Shown: positions 60,927-64,000 of the stretch, piece after piece
Numbering within the stretch: the stretch's first letter is position 1
Layout of the letters: every line of letters begins with the position of its first letter
NCBI GenBank assembly: GCA_965248535.1
Contig: CBDFJR010000002.1
Span: 1,472,001-1,536,000 of the forward strand
Reading direction: 5' to 3'
From: Phormidesmis sp.
GTDB lineage: Bacteria; Cyanobacteriota; Cyanobacteriia; Leptolyngbyales; Leptolyngbyaceae
DNA length: 64,000 bases
Translations under genes and position numbers: made by a program
The notes under the pieces: generated by a model
The model's input: only the letters and a program-made list of their open reading frames with translations
Databases searched by the model: none
What the model was told of the DNA's origin: nothing

Positions 60927-63900
60927 CTACATCGGTCTTAGCTCTCCAGTGCTGGGCATATCATCTTCTTCAAGCGCCGGGCGCACAAACGGAATCTGAT
61001 CAAGACCCAAGCCTTTGAGCATTTGCTTAACTTGCACCAAAACTAGCCGATCGGGATCATTTTGCAGCCTGGGCAAAATTCTAGCCAGCGCACTGGGCGA
61101 AGCAAGCTCCAAGTAAGATAACACTGCTTCTCTGACAAACCCTCTCGGATGGTTGAGACTCGACAAAATTTGATCACTGGTCAGCCGACAGCGAGAACGC
61201 CGGGCCACATGAAAACAACACGCCAGCGACCAATCTGACAAAAAGTGCCGCAGATCTAGCAGGTGCCGAATCCGATCGTCAGGGTTCATCGGCTCATAGT
61301 CAACCAGACCCGACAGATTTTGCAGTTTTTCGCTATCCAGATTGCGATCCAGCAGCGCCAGCAGGGCCTGCTTTGAAGGAATATCCAGCGTGTTGTCTAA
61401 AATTTCTAAACCTTGGGCTTGATTGGCGAGCGATTCCGACTGCAAGTTAAACGAGGCCACCTGAATCGTTCCTAGATCATAGAGGAACTTCATCAGCAGA
61501 AATAAACGCTCGATCGCATCGGTGGGCATATCGCGCAAGGCGCGTCGCAGCAGGTCTGCTTCTTGTCCTTGCAGGCTCTCTGGAGCGAGATCGACCAGCG
61601 CGGCATAGACTTGACCAATCAACATAATCTCTTGGTCAATCAGTTGCTCGACTCCTCGCCGACCCAGCCGATCGAGAACAATATCGATGCCGCGCTCTTG
61701 AGGAATTTTGAGCAAAATTCGCAAAATATTGCGGCGAGTCTCTCCCCAGGCGGTTTTGAGCCGAGAAATCAGCAGATCAATAGCTTCTAGTGTGCCAATT
61801 TGCCCGATCGCGCTCCAAGCATAGCAGCGCACTAAATCTGACTGGTGAAAGTCTTCTGCCAGCCTCACCAACATAGGCAGCGCTTCATTTTCTAGCTTGA
61901 CCAGCGCTCTCTGGGCCGCATCTCGCGTCGATTTATAGCTCAACCCTCGCAGCAGTGCAGGATAGTATTCTTCGAGTCGGGTGGCCCCGATCGCTTCCAG
62001 CACAGCACATCTGACTTGCAGTGATTTATCCTGCAAAAGACTGGGAATATAGAGCCGCAGCGCTTGCAGATAGAGGGCTTCTCCTAAGGCTCGACAGCCC
62101 ATTACCCGTTCGCGCCGATCTTTGTGGGTCAACATCAGCCTGAGAGAATTGGTCGCCTCGGCCTTTTGATTGGGGGTGCCGCGTCGCAACATCAAAGAAG
62201 CGGCTGTGCCGCGAATAATCGGGTCGATCGTGGGCGGCAGATAAGATTGTAGTTGACTCATATCGGGGTTAGGGTCGGTCAGCCAGACATAGCGCAGGGC
62301 AACCGCCATCACTTCAGCAGTCGGCTTTTGAGCAATCAACGCTCGCACATCACCCAGATAAACCAGGTTGGGATAGTTGAGCATCACGTCCAAACTTTTT
62401 TCCTGCAAACTGGGCGAAAGCTTGTCCAATAAGGGAGACAGCACTTCGCCCACGTTGCCGGGATCAATTTGGCTGAGTAGCTCAATGCACGATCGCTTAT
62501 CGGCTTCGGCTCCGGGCTTCTCTAGTGACTCGATCACAGCCCGCTTTAGCTCTCGCAGATCCACATCAGAGCCGCTGAGTTTTCCACGCCCAGCATCAAA
62601 CACGAGCAAGTTTAAATAATCCTTCTTCAGTCGTCGAATCGTCCACAGCCAAAATAGCGCCAAGGCAATCACGATCGTAAAGATGGTCAAGTTTTGCACC
62701 TGAACTCCGGTGCCTTTTTGAGCATAAACCATCAGCAGCAAGGCGACCCCAGTGCCTCCGGTCGCGAGTGGCTCTGCAACGCCGCGCACTTTTGCCTGCA
62801 ACCCGCCCCTCAGCATTTCTGGGATCGGCTGAAACAAAACCGGACTCACACTCGCAAATAGCGTGTAGTGCAGCAGTTCGTATAAAAATTTGCGGGTGAC
62901 TAAGCCCCAAAACAGCAAAACCCAGCCCTGAGTGACCACACTGCTGATAACGATCCCGATCGTCAGCAAAATAATCACCACAGGCAGCGCCATCAGCGCA
63001 TTAAAAACCCCCACCCGCTCAATGACTCGACTCGAAAACATCCACTGCCCGGCAAGCTCACAGATGCCCAGAGTGCCGTTGAGAACCGCGAGAAAACTGG
63101 CAATTTTATCGCCTTGGGACGCAAACCCTGGCTGTTGTTCTAACAGGCTGAGGAACTGAAAATCAACTAACAGCAGCAACACCTGTGCCATCACAAAGAA
63201 GATGATCAGCAGTCTCACATAGCCCTTCATTTCTCCGCGCACTCGGCTGAGAGTGGCTTCTGACTGCCATTCTTGACGACGACGATCGGGAAACGACTGT
63301 TGATAAGTTTGGCTCAAATACGAGAGCACCACCGCGCCCAGCACCATCATGCCAAACGAGAACAAAACCACCGTGGGCAACCCCTGCGATCGGGGGAAAA
63401 ACGTCAGCACGATCGGCAGCGAAAACCCACTAATAATATCTGCCAGCAGCACGCCACTGCTAATTAAGGGATAGGTTCGCTTAATTTCGCGGATATTAAA
63501 TAACTGGTTAGCCGTAATCGAGGTGTTGATGTCGTTGAGCACATAAATCGCCTCTAACCAGAGCCGCAGCAGCAGCACCGTCGTCTTGAAAATAGTCACC
63601 CCACCGATCACCGCGACTTCCGAGAAGCTGAGTCCAAAATAAAAGAGCAGTAGCGGCAGTGCCATCAGCAGCGCGATCAGCACGATCACTCGTCGCAGGG
63701 GCAAAAAGCGCTGCATCCAAGAATAGAGCACTCCTAAGCCAACGCTGATCCCCGAACTGGCAATATAAATTTTGGGCAGGGCATCTGCGCCATATTGCTC
63801 CAGAAATAGCCCCACTGCGCTTGCTTCTAGCCACAGCAGCCCGATCGAGGTGAGCGTATAAAACGTAAACATGACCAGCGTGCGCTTACTTTCTTCTGGT

Positions 63901-63971
63901 CGGAGGTTGATCCCCCGCAGAATTTTCCGTCCAATTCGGTTTCTGACTGTTGACGGCTCTATCGATTGCAT
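60927..63971 (-). CDS. NTT/Npt (MFS-like) membrane domain fused to HEAT repeats
   Basis: About 12 TM helices with ANQLFNIREIKRTYPLI, then HEAT-like repeats (LLQDKSLQVRCAVLEAIG, LNHPRGFVREA). Confidence 0.82.
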   Translation of the reverse strand: MQSIEPSTVRNRIGRKILRGINLRPEESKRTLVMFTFYTLTSIGLLWLEASAVGLFLEQYGADALPKIYIASSGISVGLGVLYSWMQRFLPLRRVIVLIALLMALPLLLFYFGLSFSEVAVIGGVTIFKTTVLLLRLWLEAIYVLNDINTSITANQLFNIREIKRTYPLISSGVLLADIISGFSLPIVLTFFPRSQGLPTVVLFSFGMMVLGAVVLSYLSQTYQQSFPDRRRQEWQSEATLSRVRGEMKGYVRLLIIFFVMAQVLLLLVDFQFLSLLEQQPGFASQGDKIASFLAVLNGTLGICELAGQWMFSSRVIERVGVFNALMALPVVIILLTIGIVISSVVTQGWVLLFWGLVTRKFLYELLHYTLFASVSPVLFQPIPEMLRGGLQAKVRGVAEPLATGGTGVALLLMVYAQKGTGVQVQNLTIFTIVIALALFWLWTIRRLKKDYLNLLVFDAGRGKLSGSDVDLRELKRAVIESLEKPGAEADKRSCIELLSQIDPGNVGEVLSPLLDKLSPSLQEKSLDVMLNYPNLVYLGDVRALIAQKPTAEVMAVALRYVWLTDPNPDMSQLQSYLPPTIDPIIRGTAASLMLRRGTPNQKAEATNSLRLMLTHKDRRERVMGCRALGEALYLQALRLYIPSLLQDKSLQVRCAVLEAIGATRLEEYYPALLRGLSYKSTRDAAQRALVKLENEALPMLVRLAEDFHQSDLVRCYAWSAIGQIGTLEAIDLLISRLKTAWGETRRNILRILLKIPQERGIDIVLDRLGRRGVEQLIDQEIMLIGQVYAALVDLAPESLQGQEADLLRRALRDMPTDAIERLFLLMKFLYDLGTIQVASFNLQSESLANQAQGLEILDNTLDIPSKQALLALLDRNLDSEKLQNLSGLVDYEPMNPDDRIRHLLDLRHFLSDWSLACCFHVARRSRCRLTSDQILSSLNHPRGFVREAVLSYLELASPSALARILPRLQNDPDRLVLVQVKQMLKGLGLDQIPFVRPALEEDDMPSTGELRPM

Positions 63972-64000
63972 GAAGCGTTGTTTCCTGTCTCGTAAGGTTG

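Overview
Cyanobacterial chromosomal DNA. The HIP1 octamer GCGATCGC is pervasive in core genes, and the proteins resemble those of filamentous Leptolyngbyaceae-type strains (inference). The core backbone carries a hybrid histidine kinase, coaD-cdv3, msrA, an SLH/OprB porin with Fur/Zur-type boxes, creD, urease ureD-A-B-C, a Gld-like ABC exporter, cax, an Aap/Nat amino-acid ABC system, a phosphoketolase, ftsH3, metH, alr, mscS and an NTT/HEAT plus cNMP pair. Small accessory modules are inserted between core genes, sometimes inside operons: MntA-HepT, two PIN TA pairs, GST, DUF1902, an XRE gene, a decayed toxin with Imm30, two Uma2 genes and a duplicated DUF6888/DUF6887 pair. The best candidate for an undescribed system is a two-gene module at 54.3-56.3 kb: a PD-(D/E)xK restriction-like nuclease fused to a ParA ATPase with an altered Walker A, followed by a ParB-like/HhH-like protein. 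It is heavily frameshifted in this sequence. Other items missing from the ORF track are a 147-bp MITE, a 46-aa repeat microprotein, an ATT-initiated DUF6888 gene and a degenerate attC-like hairpin. Single-base frameshifts in metH and cax suggest some uncorrected assembly errors. No rRNA, tRNA or CRISPR array was recognised. All family assignments come from motif recognition by eye, without database searches.
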